Shown piece by piece: positions 47,722 to 57,539 of a stretch of DNA of 64,000 nucleotides. Each line of letters begins with the position of its first letter. The stretch's first letter is position 1. The translations under genes and the position numbers were made by a program. Source of the stretch: Deltaproteobacteria bacterium (GTDB lineage Bacteria > Myxococcota > Kuafuiibacteriia > Kuafuiibacteriales > Kuafuiibacteriaceae); assembly GCA_011526105.1 (NCBI GenBank), contig WYAZ01000052.1, forward strand, positions 5,419 through 69,418, read 5' to 3'. The notes below the pieces were generated by a model that saw nothing but the letters and a program-made list of their open reading frames with translations, was not told the DNA's origin and did not search any database.

Positions 47722-48512
47722 GAGCGTGGCTTCAGCTCGTGCTGCTCTCTGCGGGCACTCAACTCGCGATACCGGCCTGGGCGGAAGCGCCGATGGGTCC
47801 CGGAGCGGATGGAGTCGCGCCCACGAGGTCGAAGACATCCAAGCGGCGCAGATCGAGCAAGAGCTTGGAGGCCGAGGTCGCCCCCGCAACTCTGGCGACA
47901 GCCGAGCAGCCGCCAGAGCCCGAGCTTCCACCACCTGCCGCTGCCACCGCCCCAGTGGCCCCGCCTCTGGCCGAAGCCGCTCGCTCGCTCCCGGTCCGCG
48001 CACCCAGGCCCACCTCGGCGCCGGCGGCGGCCGCACCCTCGGGCCTGCGGCTCGGGGCCGGACTCACCGTGGGATTGGCGGCGCTCGGCCTGCTCCTCGC
48101 ATGGGTCCTCAAGCGGGGCAAGGAGCAGGAGCGAGAGGAGGACATCGAGATCCTCTCTCGGCGGGCGCTGGGAACGAAGAGCCAGATCGTACTCGTGCGC
48201 GCCCGGGACAGAGAGTTCCTGCTCACGACCGGCGACCACGGAACGACGCTCATCGGTGACTGGGGCTCGGAGCCCGAGAACGCGGCCGAGGTCCCGGAGG
48301 GCTACTGCCCCAACCCTCGCCCGGCATCGACCCCGAGGGCCAAGCTGAGCTTCGAAGGCATTGCTCGAGGCGTGGTGTCCGAGCCGCGCCCAGAGCCTTC
48401 TGTTCCCACCCGTCACCTCAGTCCAGCCGTTCAGGGACTCGTGGCGCTTCGGCGGAGCAAGGCCAACCCGGAGGAACGCTGGTTCTCGGACGGGCCCGAG
48501 ATCGAGGCATGA
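47718..48512 (+). CDS. fliO: flagellar biosynthesis protein FliO (unusually long)
   Basis: The TM helix LTVGLAALGLLLAWVL is followed by a FliO-like ILSRRALGTKSQIVLVRARDREFLLTTGDHGTTLI. At 264 aa it has a ~100-aa Pro/Ala-rich N-terminal insertion. Confidence 0.55.
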   Translation: MRAWLQLVLLSAGTQLAIPAWAEAPMGPGADGVAPTRSKTSKRRRSSKSLEAEVAPATLATAEQPPEPELPPPAAATAPVAPPLAEAARSLPVRAPRPTSAPAAAAPSGLRLGAGLTVGLAALGLLLAWVLKRGKEQEREEDIEILSRRALGTKSQIVLVRARDREFLLTTGDHGTTLIGDWGSEPENAAEVPEGYCPNPRPASTPRAKLSFEGIARGVVSEPRPEPSVPTRHLSPAVQGLVALRRSKANPEERWFSDGPEIEA

Positions 48513-49234
48513 AGACCTCGCGCGCGATCTCAGCGGGTGCCCTGCTCACCGTCGGCCTCGTGCCTCGCGCAAGCTGGGCCGACACCGCGCTACCGTCGAT
48601 GGTCGGACCCACGAGCGCGGTCCAGCTCGCGGTCATACTCACCGTCATCACGCTGGCGCCCGCGATCGTACTGAGCTGTACGACCTTTGCGCGCTTCATC
48701 ATCGTCTTCAGCTTTCTCAAGATGGGCCTTGGGACCCCCGGGGCGCCGCCGAATCAGATCATCACTGGCCTGGCCCTCTTCATGACGCTGTTTGTGATGG
48801 CGCCGGTCGCCGAGGAGATCCAAGGACGCGCGCTGACCCCGTATCTCGCAGGGCAAATTGGCGAGGCGGAGGCGCTGGAAAGGGCCACCCCGCCGCTTCG
48901 CGCGTTCCTCCTGTCTCACTGCGATGAGTCGGATCTCGCGCTGTTCTATGAGGTCACCGACCTGCCTCGTCCGGACTCCGTGGACGCGGTTCCGCTGCGC
49001 TTCGCCATTCCTGCCTTTGCGCTCTCCGAGCTTCGGACGGCCTTCCAGATGGGCTTTCTGGTGCTTCTTCCCTTTCTCATCATCGATCTCGTGGTCGCCA
49101 CTGTCCTGTCGAGCCTCGGCATGGTGATGCTCCCGCCGGCGGTGGTGGCCTTGCCCATCAAGCTGATGGTCTTTGTCGCCGCCGATGGCTGGCGTCTCGT
49201 CGTCGGCTCCTTGCTTCGAGGAGCCTACGGATGA
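48509..49234 (+). CDS. fliP: flagellar export apparatus protein FliP
   Basis: LAVILTVITLAPAIVLSCTTFARFIIVFSFLKMGLGTPGAPPNQII is the FliP signature. Confidence 0.9.
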   Translation: MKTSRAISAGALLTVGLVPRASWADTALPSMVGPTSAVQLAVILTVITLAPAIVLSCTTFARFIIVFSFLKMGLGTPGAPPNQIITGLALFMTLFVMAPVAEEIQGRALTPYLAGQIGEAEALERATPPLRAFLLSHCDESDLALFYEVTDLPRPDSVDAVPLRFAIPAFALSELRTAFQMGFLVLLPFLIIDLVVATVLSSLGMVMLPPAVVALPIKLMVFVAADGWRLVVGSLLRGAYG

Positions 49235-49506
49235 GCCTTGGAATCCTCGACCTCTGGCGTCAGGCGCTGGAGCTCTTGGTCTGGACCGGAGGACCCTTCC
49301 TCGCGGTCGCGCTGGCGGTGGGGCTCGCCGCCTCCGTCTTTCAGGCCGCCACGCAGCTTCAAGAGAACCTCATCGCGTTTGCGCCCAAGCTCGCGGCCAT
49401 CGGGGCGGTGCTCGTCTTTGGGGGCTCCTGGCTCCTGTCGCAGCTCGTGACCTACCTGCAGGCCATCGGCGAAGCGGTCGAACGCGTCGGCCGATACGGC
49501 TACTGA
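49231..49506 (+). CDS. fliQ: flagellar export apparatus protein FliQ
   Basis: It is 91 aa with two TM helices, and ATQLQENLIAFAPKLAAI is FliQ-like. Confidence 0.9.
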   Translation: MSLGILDLWRQALELLVWTGGPFLAVALAVGLAASVFQAATQLQENLIAFAPKLAAIGAVLVFGGSWLLSQLVTYLQAIGEAVERVGRYGY

Positions 49507-49565
49507 GCTCTGCGCCGTCGTCCCACCTCGTCAGAACCGCCGACAGCGCACCGCAGTTCCTCGCA

Positions 49566-50327
49566 GTGTCGATTGGCCCGCCGCTTGCTCTACTCCGAGG
49601 TGTGTTGCCGGAAGCAGAGCTGGGCGGCTTCCTTCTCTCCTTCGCCCGCGTGGGCGCCTGGAGTGTGGCCGCCCCTCTCATCAGTGAGAACGTCGTGCCG
49701 CGGCGAGTGCGAGCGATGTTCGCGGCGGGTGCTGCCCTTCCCATCGCAGGGATCGCGACCGCCGGCGAGACCGGCGATCTACTCTCCCGCCTGCCGATCG
49801 AAGTCGTCTTCGGGCTCGGCCTCGGCTTCGCGTCGCGTGCCGCGATGGCGGCGGTGGAGGCGGGCGGTCAGATCATCGGGATGCAGCTGGGCCTCGGCTT
49901 CGCAGGTGGCTTCGACCCAATGGCCCGCGAGGAGTCTCTGCCCACGCGGCGTCTCGCCTTCGCTCTCGCGGCTTTGACCTTCCTCGAGTTGCATGGCCTC
50001 GAGCGAACCTTCTCGGTCCTTGCGACGGCGCCCGCCTATGCGAGTCTCGCCCACGCACCACTCGAGGGTCTGGTGGAGATCACGCACCAGGTCTTGGTGG
50101 GCGGCCTCAGCCTCGCCGCGCCTCTGGTCGTCGCGGGCCTCGTTGCCAATCTGACGATGGCCTTCGCCTCGCGAGCCGCCCCTTCGCTCAACGTCTTCTC
50201 CGTCATGCTGGCCCTGTTCATGGCGGTGGGCTTGCTCGTGCTCGTCCTGACCGCACCTGGTTTCGTCGGTTCGCTTCAGCGCATCGCGGAAGAAGCCATA
50301 CAGGCTCCGGAGCTCCTCAGCCGATGA
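49566..50327 (+). CDS. fliR: flagellar export apparatus protein FliR
   Basis: FLLSFARVGAWSVAAPLISENVVPRRVRAMFAAGAAL is the FliR N-terminus. The start codon is uncertain; GTG 49566 was chosen. The upstream part of the long ORF (49173-) is R/G-rich junk. Confidence 0.75.
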   Translation: MSIGPPLALLRGVLPEAELGGFLLSFARVGAWSVAAPLISENVVPRRVRAMFAAGAALPIAGIATAGETGDLLSRLPIEVVFGLGLGFASRAAMAAVEAGGQIIGMQLGLGFAGGFDPMAREESLPTRRLAFALAALTFLELHGLERTFSVLATAPAYASLAHAPLEGLVEITHQVLVGGLSLAAPLVVAGLVANLTMAFASRAAPSLNVFSVMLALFMAVGLLVLVLTAPGFVGSLQRIAEEAIQAPELLSR

Positions 50328-51379
50328 CCGAACAGAGTAATGATCGGCGGAACATCGAGCCGACTCCGCAACGGATCCAGCAGTTCCGCAAGAAGGGCGA
50401 GATCGCGCTTTCCGTGGAGCTGGGCTCCACCAGCGCGATGGTCGGCGGTCTGATGGTGATGATGCTGCTCGGTACCACCGGCTCACGCCTGCTCCTCGAG
50501 TTGAGCACGTCGACCTTCGCGCGGCTCGACGCCCAACACGCCGACGAGCTGACGAGCGCGGCGGTTCGGACCTTCTTCTTGCTCGCTTGGCCGGTGGCCA
50601 CCGGAGCCATCCTCGCCTATCTCGTGTGCTCCGGCTTTCAGCTCGGCTTTCCTCCTGCACTGGGTCGACCCAAGTTTGCGCTCGAGAAGGTGTTTGCGCT
50701 CCAGGGCCTGAAGCGCCTGTTCGACGCCAAGGACGCGGTTTGGCGCACGCTCAAGTCCGTTCTCAAGCTCGGCTTCGTGGCTGCGGCCGCGTATCTCGCG
50801 CTTCGCCCCGAGCTCGAGGCGCTGGTCAAGTCCAGCCCGAGGAGCATCAGCGCGATTGCCGACCGGGCGACGAGTGCGAGCCTCCGCCTCGCCGCGGGGT
50901 CCGGCGCGGCCTTGTTACTCCTCTCCCTCGTGGACTACGTCGTCAGCCGCCGTCGGTGGTGGGCGAAGGTCCGAATGACGCCGGAGGAGTTGAAGCGCGA
51001 GCTCAAGGAGCAGGAGGGCGACCCCGAGATCCGACGTCGTCGTCGTCTTCGAATGAGGGAGCTCGCGCGACGTCGCCTGCAGGTCAACGTGCCCAAGGCC
51101 GACGTCGTCATCGTGAACCCCACGCACTACGCGGTGGCCATCCGGTACCGAGCCGGAGAGAGCGGAGCGCCGCGACTTCTCGCCAAGGGCCGGGACGAGG
51201 TGGCGCGAAGGATCCGCGAGATCGCGCGCGAGAACGGCATTCCGGTGGTGCGAAAGCCTTCACTGGCCCGCCTGCTGTATCGCACCGTCAAGGAGGGTCG
51301 AGAGATCCCGTCGGACGCCTACCGCGCGGTGGCTGAGGTCTTGGCGTACGTGTACCGGCTGCGGAGGGCGCGCGCATGA
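50324..51379 (+). CDS. flhB: flagellar export apparatus protein FlhB
   Basis: TEQSNDRRNIEPTPQRIQQFRKKGEIALSVEL is the FlhB N-terminus, and NPTHYAVAIRY is the autocleavage NPTH motif. It has an ATGA overlap with fliR. Confidence 0.9.
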   Translation: MTEQSNDRRNIEPTPQRIQQFRKKGEIALSVELGSTSAMVGGLMVMMLLGTTGSRLLLELSTSTFARLDAQHADELTSAAVRTFFLLAWPVATGAILAYLVCSGFQLGFPPALGRPKFALEKVFALQGLKRLFDAKDAVWRTLKSVLKLGFVAAAAYLALRPELEALVKSSPRSISAIADRATSASLRLAAGSGAALLLLSLVDYVVSRRRWWAKVRMTPEELKRELKEQEGDPEIRRRRRLRMRELARRRLQVNVPKADVVIVNPTHYAVAIRYRAGESGAPRLLAKGRDEVARRIREIARENGIPVVRKPSLARLLYRTVKEGREIPSDAYRAVAEVLAYVYRLRRARA

Positions 51380-53430
51380 CCGGCTCCGTCTCGCGAGGAA
51401 ACTCCGTCGCCTCCGTCTTCATCATCGGAGTCCTGCTCCTGATGCTCGTGCCCTTGCCGGCATCGGTCCTCGACGTCCTGCTGGCGCTCAGCCTTTGTTT
51501 CGCATTGCTGACCTTCATGGTCGCGCTCTTCGTGGAGCGACCGCTCGACTTCTCCGCGTTCCCCTCCCTGCTCCTGCTGGTGACGCTCTTGCGCCTCGCG
51601 CTCAACGTCGCCACCACCCGGCGAATCCTGCTCTTCGGCAACGAGGGTGTGGACGCAGCGGGCGGGATGATTCGGGCCTTCGGAGAGTTCGCGGTCGGAG
51701 GCAACTACGTCGTAGGCGCTGTCGTCTTCCTCATCCTCGTCCTCGTCAACTTCATCGTGATCACCAAAGGTGCGGAGCGCATCAGCGAAGTCGCCGCCCG
51801 CTTCACCCTGGACTCCATGCCCGGCAAGCAAATGGCGATCGACGCCGACCTGGGCGCGGGTCTCATCAACGAGTCTGGCGCTAAACAGCGGCGCAAAGAC
51901 CTCGAACAAGAGGCCGACTTCTACGGCACCATGGACGGCGCCTCGAAGTTCGTGCGCGGAGACGCGGTCGCCGGCCTGGTCATCACCGGAATCAACATCC
52001 TCGGGGGCATCATCATCGGCGTGATGCAGCACGACATGACCGCAGCGGCCTCCGCGCAGACCTACACCATCCTCTCCATCGGTGACGGTCTCGTCTCGCA
52101 GATCCCCGCTCTCCTCGTCTCCACCGGAGCGGCCTTGCTCACCACGCGCAGCTCGAGCGGCGGCGATTTCGGCGGCGTCCTGGGCGAGCAGCTCTTCTCC
52201 CGGGCGCGCCCGATGACCGTGGTCTCGGGTGTCTTGGCCGGACTCGCGCTGATGCCCGGGATGCCGCATTTTTCACTCCTCGCGCTCGCGGGCGGATTGG
52301 TGTTGCTCGCTCGCAAGCCCCTGGTGCCGCGCACCGAGACGGCGCGAATCGAGGCCGCCGAGCTCCCGAGCGACAAGACCGGCCCCGAACAGCAGCGCGC
52401 GGAGATCGAGAGCCTTCTGCCGCTCGACCTGCTCTCGATTCAAGTGGGGCTCGACCTCCTTCCGCTCGTGGACGCCGAGAAGAACGGGGAGCTGCTCGTC
52501 CGGATCGCGTCGCTGCGGAAGCAGGTGGCGATGGACCTCGGCATCATCCTGCCGCCCGTCCACGTCCAGGACGATCTTCGGCTCGCACCCGGAAGCTACG
52601 ACGTTCAGATCTCCGGGGTCTCCATCGGCAAGGGCTCGGTGCGCATGGGCCGGCTGATGGCCATCGACGCCGAGGGTGTTCTTCCGGACTCCCTGGGACG
52701 CGAGCGATGCCAGGAGCCGGCCTTCGGACTTCCGGCGCTCTGGATCTCGCCGTCCGAACGCGGCCGAGCGGAGTCGCTCGGTGCTACCGTGGTGGATCCA
52801 TCAGCGGTGATCGCGACCCACCTGACCCAGCTCATTCGTCAGCACGCCCACGAACTCCTTGGTCGGCGTGAGGCGCAGGCGCTCCTCGACCTCGCGTCCC
52901 GCGATCACGAGAAGCTCGTGGAGGACCTCATTCCGAGCGTTCTTTCTGCGGGCGAGGTGCTCAAAGTGCTCCGCGGTCTCCTCAAAGAGGGGGTCTCGAT
53001 CCGAGACATGCGCACGATCCTCGAGGCCGTGGCCGACCACGCTCCGCAGACCAAAGACCCGAACGAGCTCACGGAGCTGGTTCGGCAGCGTCTCTTCCGT
53101 CAGCTCACCAAGCAGCACCTCTCGGGTCGAGACGAGCTGTCCGGACTCATCTTGGATCCCGGGGTGGAGAACCTGTTCCGCCCTCAGCGCGGGCCGGTGG
53201 ACCCGGGTCTGCTCTCCGTGGCTACGCAGCGCCTCGAGCAAATGGCGCGCGCCGCGGCCGAAGGCCAGGACGATCCCATTCTCGTCGTAGCGCCCGACAT
53301 CCGACGCGTCGTGGCTGAGGTGGCTCATCGTCACGTTCCGGGTCTCGCGGTGCTCAGCTATCGCGAGCTCGACCCACGCATTCCGTTCATCACCAAAAGT
53401 ATCGTTCGCCTGGAGGGAACCCCGTCATGA
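51376..53430 (+). CDS. flhA: flagellar export apparatus protein FlhA
   Basis: At 684 aa, it has the FlhA N-terminal TM region and a conserved cytoplasmic domain (RFTLDSMPGKQMAIDADL...). Confidence 0.9.
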   Translation: MTGSVSRGNSVASVFIIGVLLLMLVPLPASVLDVLLALSLCFALLTFMVALFVERPLDFSAFPSLLLLVTLLRLALNVATTRRILLFGNEGVDAAGGMIRAFGEFAVGGNYVVGAVVFLILVLVNFIVITKGAERISEVAARFTLDSMPGKQMAIDADLGAGLINESGAKQRRKDLEQEADFYGTMDGASKFVRGDAVAGLVITGINILGGIIIGVMQHDMTAAASAQTYTILSIGDGLVSQIPALLVSTGAALLTTRSSSGGDFGGVLGEQLFSRARPMTVVSGVLAGLALMPGMPHFSLLALAGGLVLLARKPLVPRTETARIEAAELPSDKTGPEQQRAEIESLLPLDLLSIQVGLDLLPLVDAEKNGELLVRIASLRKQVAMDLGIILPPVHVQDDLRLAPGSYDVQISGVSIGKGSVRMGRLMAIDAEGVLPDSLGRERCQEPAFGLPALWISPSERGRAESLGATVVDPSAVIATHLTQLIRQHAHELLGRREAQALLDLASRDHEKLVEDLIPSVLSAGEVLKVLRGLLKEGVSIRDMRTILEAVADHAPQTKDPNELTELVRQRLFRQLTKQHLSGRDELSGLILDPGVENLFRPQRGPVDPGLLSVATQRLEQMARAAAEGQDDPILVVAPDIRRVVAEVAHRHVPGLAVLSYRELDPRIPFITKSIVRLEGTPS

Positions 53431-54446
53431 ACCTTAGGACTTTTCGCGCCGCCAAGATGCGGGACGTGCTCCAGCAGGTAAAGGCCGAGCTCGGACCGGA
53501 CGCGGTCATCGTTTCCACCCGCGAGGTCTCTCGAGGCCTTCTGGGTCGAGAGATCGAAGTCACGGCGGCCGTGGAGACTCGGTCCGGGCCTGCCAGTGGC
53601 CCCGCGCCGGTCGCCGGGCCCGTTCGCGAGGATCCGTTCGAACAGCGCCTGGCCCCGCTGACTCGCGAGATCGAGGCTCTGAAGCTCAAGACCTCGAGCA
53701 TGGGAGGGGATGAGGCGCGAGTCCTCCGGGCGGAGATTCGTGCCCTGCGCGAACTGCTCACGACCGACGGGAAGTCGGGTCGCGCGCGCGAAGATCTCGA
53801 TGCGCTCGCGGGCCGTCGCGAACTCACGCGGCCCAGCCGGGAGCGCGTGGTGGCGCTCGTGGGCCCCACCGGGGTGGGAAAGACGACGACGATCGCCAAG
53901 CTCTCTGCGCGCGCGGCGCTCATTCGTTCGCTGAAGGTCGCGATCATCACGACGGATGCCTACCGCGTGGGCGGTGAGGACCAACTCCGGATCTTTGCGG
54001 ATCTCATCGGCGTACCGCTCTTTCCGGTGCGAGACATTCGAGAACTGCCCCGCGTCGTCGCTACCCTGTCGGGCTTCGAGCGCATCTTCATCGACACCGC
54101 AGGTCGAAGTCCCACCGCGACCCCGGACATCTACGAGACGCTCGATGCACTGCTGAAGATCCGACCCACCGAGATTCATCTCACACTCGCCGCGGACTCC
54201 CGCCCCGAAACCATCGATCGCTGGGTCAATTGCTACGGACGCGATCACCTCGATCGCCTCCTCTTCACGAAGGTGGACGAGGCGCGCGACGCCGCAGAGG
54301 TGGTGCGGGCTCCGGTTCGCTTCGACCTTCCGGTCAGCTACCTCTCCTTCGGTCAGTGTGTTCCCGAAGATGTGGTGGAGGCGAATCGAGAGGTCCTGCT
54401 CCGGTTCGCGCAGCGTGGTCTTCAGCGGGAGGGTGTAGCGGCGTGA
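53427..54446 (+). CDS. flhF: flagellar biosynthesis GTPase FlhF (SRP-type)
   Basis: VALVGPTGVGKTTTIAKL, TTDAYRVGG and IDTAGRS are the SRP-GTPase G1-G3 motifs. Confidence 0.85.
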   Translation: MNLRTFRAAKMRDVLQQVKAELGPDAVIVSTREVSRGLLGREIEVTAAVETRSGPASGPAPVAGPVREDPFEQRLAPLTREIEALKLKTSSMGGDEARVLRAEIRALRELLTTDGKSGRAREDLDALAGRRELTRPSRERVVALVGPTGVGKTTTIAKLSARAALIRSLKVAIITTDAYRVGGEDQLRIFADLIGVPLFPVRDIRELPRVVATLSGFERIFIDTAGRSPTATPDIYETLDALLKIRPTEIHLTLAADSRPETIDRWVNCYGRDHLDRLLFTKVDEARDAAEVVRAPVRFDLPVSYLSFGQCVPEDVVEANREVLLRFAQRGLQREGVAA

Positions 54447-55285
54447 ACGACACGAGCGCCATCGACGACCAGAATCGGGTTGTGAGCCTCCCGCTGTTGC
54501 CACGTCGCCGCTTTCTCGCGGTGACCGGCGGAAAGGGAGGTGTCGGCAAGAGCTCCGTGGCGGTGAATCTCGCGGCGACCTTCGCGCGCCGCGGCTCACC
54601 CACCGTTCTCGTGGATGCGGACCTCGCGATGGCGGACTGCAACCTGCTGCTCGGTCTCGCACCGACTCGAAGCCTGGTGGATGTGCTCGATGGGGCGCCG
54701 CTCGAGGAGGCGTTGAGCTCGGCGCACGGGATCAAGCTATTGCCGGCGCTCAACGGTAGCGCCCGCCTGGCCAATCCGGATGAGCGGACCCGCAGGCGCT
54801 TCGTGCAGATCTCGACCGAGCTCGCGCAGCGCTTCGACACCGTCATCGTCGACACCCCGGCCGGCGTGGATGAGCTGACCATGACCGTGACCGCGCGTGC
54901 TTCGGAGGTGGTGCTCGTCGCTACCCCGGATCCCATCGCACTCGCGGACGCCTACGCCACCCTCAAGATCCTCAGCACGCTGCACGGGGTGGAGCGAGCG
55001 TACCTCGTGCCGAACAACATCCGCATCGCGGGTCAGGCGGAGGAGCTCGCGAGCCAGCTTCTGTCGCTCGTCGATGCTTTTCTCACGATCGAGATCATCA
55101 CCTTGCCCTTCATTCCGCACGACCCCAACATCCCGTACGCCAGCGCCTCCGGTCGGCCGCTCGTGCTCGCGTACCCGGACTCCCCAGCGAGCCGAGCCGT
55201 CGCTCGCGTCGCTCGAGCCTTGGACCAAGACATCGCAGAGAGAGCCGCGTCCAGGGCCAAAGCTCCGGAGGCAGGCACCCCATGA
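54443..55285 (+). CDS. flhG: flagellar number regulator FlhG/FleN (MinD-like ATPase)
   Basis: Has the deviant Walker A VTGGKGGVGKSSVAVNLA and a MinD/ParA fold. The GTG start overlaps the flhF stop (GTGA). Confidence 0.8.
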   Translation: MNDTSAIDDQNRVVSLPLLPRRRFLAVTGGKGGVGKSSVAVNLAATFARRGSPTVLVDADLAMADCNLLLGLAPTRSLVDVLDGAPLEEALSSAHGIKLLPALNGSARLANPDERTRRRFVQISTELAQRFDTVIVDTPAGVDELTMTVTARASEVVLVATPDPIALADAYATLKILSTLHGVERAYLVPNNIRIAGQAEELASQLLSLVDAFLTIEIITLPFIPHDPNIPYASASGRPLVLAYPDSPASRAVARVARALDQDIAERAASRAKAPEAGTP

Positions 55286-56007
55286 GAGCCTACGAGCAAG
55301 CCAGTCGCATGGGGCGGCACGATCGCGATCAACTGATCGCCGAGCATCTGGGGATGGCGAAGCGCATCGCCCTCCGGATGGCGAGGAACGCCAATCGTCC
55401 CGAGTCGCGCGAGGAGTTCATCGGCGCTGCGATGATGGGTCTCGTGGAGGCCGCCGACCGCTATGACCCAGCTCGGGCGGAGCCGTTCGCGGGCTTTGCG
55501 CACACGCGGATTCGCGGGGCGGTCATCGATAGCATGCGGCGAGACGACATTGTGCCGCGCCGCGTTCGCTCCATGGCCAATCGGGCCGGCGTGATCATGC
55601 GAGAGCTCGAACAGACGTTGGGGCGCCCGCCGGAGGACGAAGAGGTCGCGGAGAAGCTCGGCGTGGATGTGAAGACCTACCGAGACAAGCTCGAGGCGGT
55701 CTCGAGGTTGAGCTTCGTCGAGCTGGGTCCGCAGCTTCCGTCCCATCCCGATGCCCCGGGGACCCGCGTTTCGTGGCAGCCCGAGGAGCAGACCGAAAAG
55801 AACGAGCTCAGCAAGCGTCTTCGACAGGGCCTCGATCAGCTTCCCGAGCGCGACGCTCAGGTGCTGTCCTTGTACTACGTGGAGGAGCTCACCTACGCGG
55901 AGGTTGGGAAGATCCTCGGGGTGAGCGAGGCTCGCGTGTGTCAACTGCACTCGAGGGCGGTGCTCCGCCTGCGCGCTGAGCTCGACGAGGGGGAGGCCGC
56001 CCGATGA
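55282..56007 (+). CDS. fliA: flagellar sigma factor FliA (sigma28)
   Basis: Sigma70 regions 2 and 4 are present (EELTYAEVGKILGVSEARVCQLHSRAV), along with a FliA-like region 2. Confidence 0.85.
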   Translation: MRAYEQASRMGRHDRDQLIAEHLGMAKRIALRMARNANRPESREEFIGAAMMGLVEAADRYDPARAEPFAGFAHTRIRGAVIDSMRRDDIVPRRVRSMANRAGVIMRELEQTLGRPPEDEEVAEKLGVDVKTYRDKLEAVSRLSFVELGPQLPSHPDAPGTRVSWQPEEQTEKNELSKRLRQGLDQLPERDAQVLSLYYVEELTYAEVGKILGVSEARVCQLHSRAVLRLRAELDEGEAAR

Positions 56008-56708
56008 GTCACGGGATCTACAAAGCCCTTCGTGGGGCCGTGGCCCTCGAGAAGTCGCTCGACGTCGTGGCCGACAACGTGTCCAACGCGAGCACCTCCG
56101 GCTTTCGCGGCCGCAAAGTCGCGTTCGCCGAGGTCATGGTGGCGACGGCACACGGCGACGAACGCACTGTGCGCTCGGACCTCGGCGCGGTGGACCCGAC
56201 CGCCGGCGCGATGCGCAACACGGGGCGGCCTCTCGACGTGGCCATCGAAGGTCCAGGGTACTTCGTGCTCGACACGCCGCAGGGGCCACGTCTCACCCGC
56301 AACGGAGCCTTGTCCATCAACTCGGAGGGCGCCCTCGTCGGCAGCGGCGGGCATCTCGTACTCGGCAAGGATGGGGGCCCCATCGTCTTGCCCGAGGCGA
56401 GCTCGACGCCGAACATCGCTCCTGACGGTGCGGTATCGGTGGGAACGGACGCGTTGGGCTCCCTCTGGGTGGCCAACCCGTCCCCGGACGCGATGGAGGC
56501 CGAAGGAGCGTGGTTTCGACCTTCGGCTCCTCTGGCTCCGGCGGGGGAGGGCGGCCATCGACTCGTCTCCGGGGCCCTGGAGAGCTCAAACGTCAACGTG
56601 ATTCAGGGGATGCTCGACCTGATTCGCGTCACGCGGACCTACGAGTCTCTCACTCGAGCGATCGAGATGGAAAACGAACTCGACACACGCACCGCCCGAG
56701 GGGGCTGA
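56004..56708 (+). CDS. flgF: flagellar rod protein FlgF
   Basis: The rod N-terminus reads YKALRGAVALEKSLDVVADNVSNASTSGF, and the C-terminus VIQGMLDLIRVTRTYESLTRAIE. Confidence 0.8.
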   Translation: MSHGIYKALRGAVALEKSLDVVADNVSNASTSGFRGRKVAFAEVMVATAHGDERTVRSDLGAVDPTAGAMRNTGRPLDVAIEGPGYFVLDTPQGPRLTRNGALSINSEGALVGSGGHLVLGKDGGPIVLPEASSTPNIAPDGAVSVGTDALGSLWVANPSPDAMEAEGAWFRPSAPLAPAGEGGHRLVSGALESSNVNVIQGMLDLIRVTRTYESLTRAIEMENELDTRTARGG

Positions 56709-56737
56709 GCGACGGACATGACACGGAGGAAGTCATC

Positions 56738-57523
56738 ATGATGCGCGCACTCTCAACCGCGGCCACCGGCATGGAGGCCCAACAGACCAGGCTCGATATC
56801 ACCGCGAACAACATCGCGAACGTCTCGACGCCCGGCTTCAAGAAGAGCCGAGCCGAGTTCGAGAACCTCCTGGTTCAGGCGGAGCGAACGCCCGGCGCGG
56901 CGACGGGTCCCGGCACCTACGCGCCCAACGGACTGCAGGTGGGGCTCGGCGTTCGCACAGCAGGGACGCAGCGCGACCATCGCGCCGGCGACCTGAAGCA
57001 GACCGGCAACGTGCTGGATGTCGCCATCGAAGGTCAGGGCTTCTTTGCCGTGGCGCTGCCATCGGGGGACGCGGGCTACACGAGGGCCGGGGCCTTCAAG
57101 GTCAACGCGGAAGGACTCATCGTCAATGGCGCCGGTTTTCCGCTCGTTCCCGAGATCAGCGTGCCCCCGGACACACAGAACATCAGCATCGCCGCCAACG
57201 GGGTGGTGACGGCCTCGGTGCCCGGTCAAGTTGAGCCCATCGAAGTCGGCCGGATCGAGCTCGCCAACTTCGTGAACCCGGCTGGTCTCGTGGCGGCCGA
57301 ACACAACCTGCTCAAAGAGACGGTGGCTTCGGGGACCGCGGTGGTGGGAACACCAGGTGAGAACGGCACCGGTACGCTCGGCCAAGGACTGCTCGAGCTG
57401 TCCAACGTCGAAGTCGTGGAGGAGATGATCGACCTCATCTCGGGCCAACGCGCCTACGAGGTGAACTCGAGGGTCATCAAGGCCGCGGACGAGATGTTGC
57501 AGCAGGCCTCGAATCTTCGCTGA
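56738..57523 (+). CDS. flgG: flagellar distal rod protein FlgG
   Basis: MMRALSTAATGMEAQQTRLDITANNIANVSTPGFKKSRAEFE...SNVEVVEEMIDLISGQRAYE matches FlgG. A GGAGGA RBS lies upstream. Confidence 0.9.
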   Translation: MMRALSTAATGMEAQQTRLDITANNIANVSTPGFKKSRAEFENLLVQAERTPGAATGPGTYAPNGLQVGLGVRTAGTQRDHRAGDLKQTGNVLDVAIEGQGFFAVALPSGDAGYTRAGAFKVNAEGLIVNGAGFPLVPEISVPPDTQNISIAANGVVTASVPGQVEPIEVGRIELANFVNPAGLVAAEHNLLKETVASGTAVVGTPGENGTGTLGQGLLELSNVEVVEEMIDLISGQRAYEVNSRVIKAADEMLQQASNLR

Positions 57524-57539
57524 TGAGGAGGATGGATCG

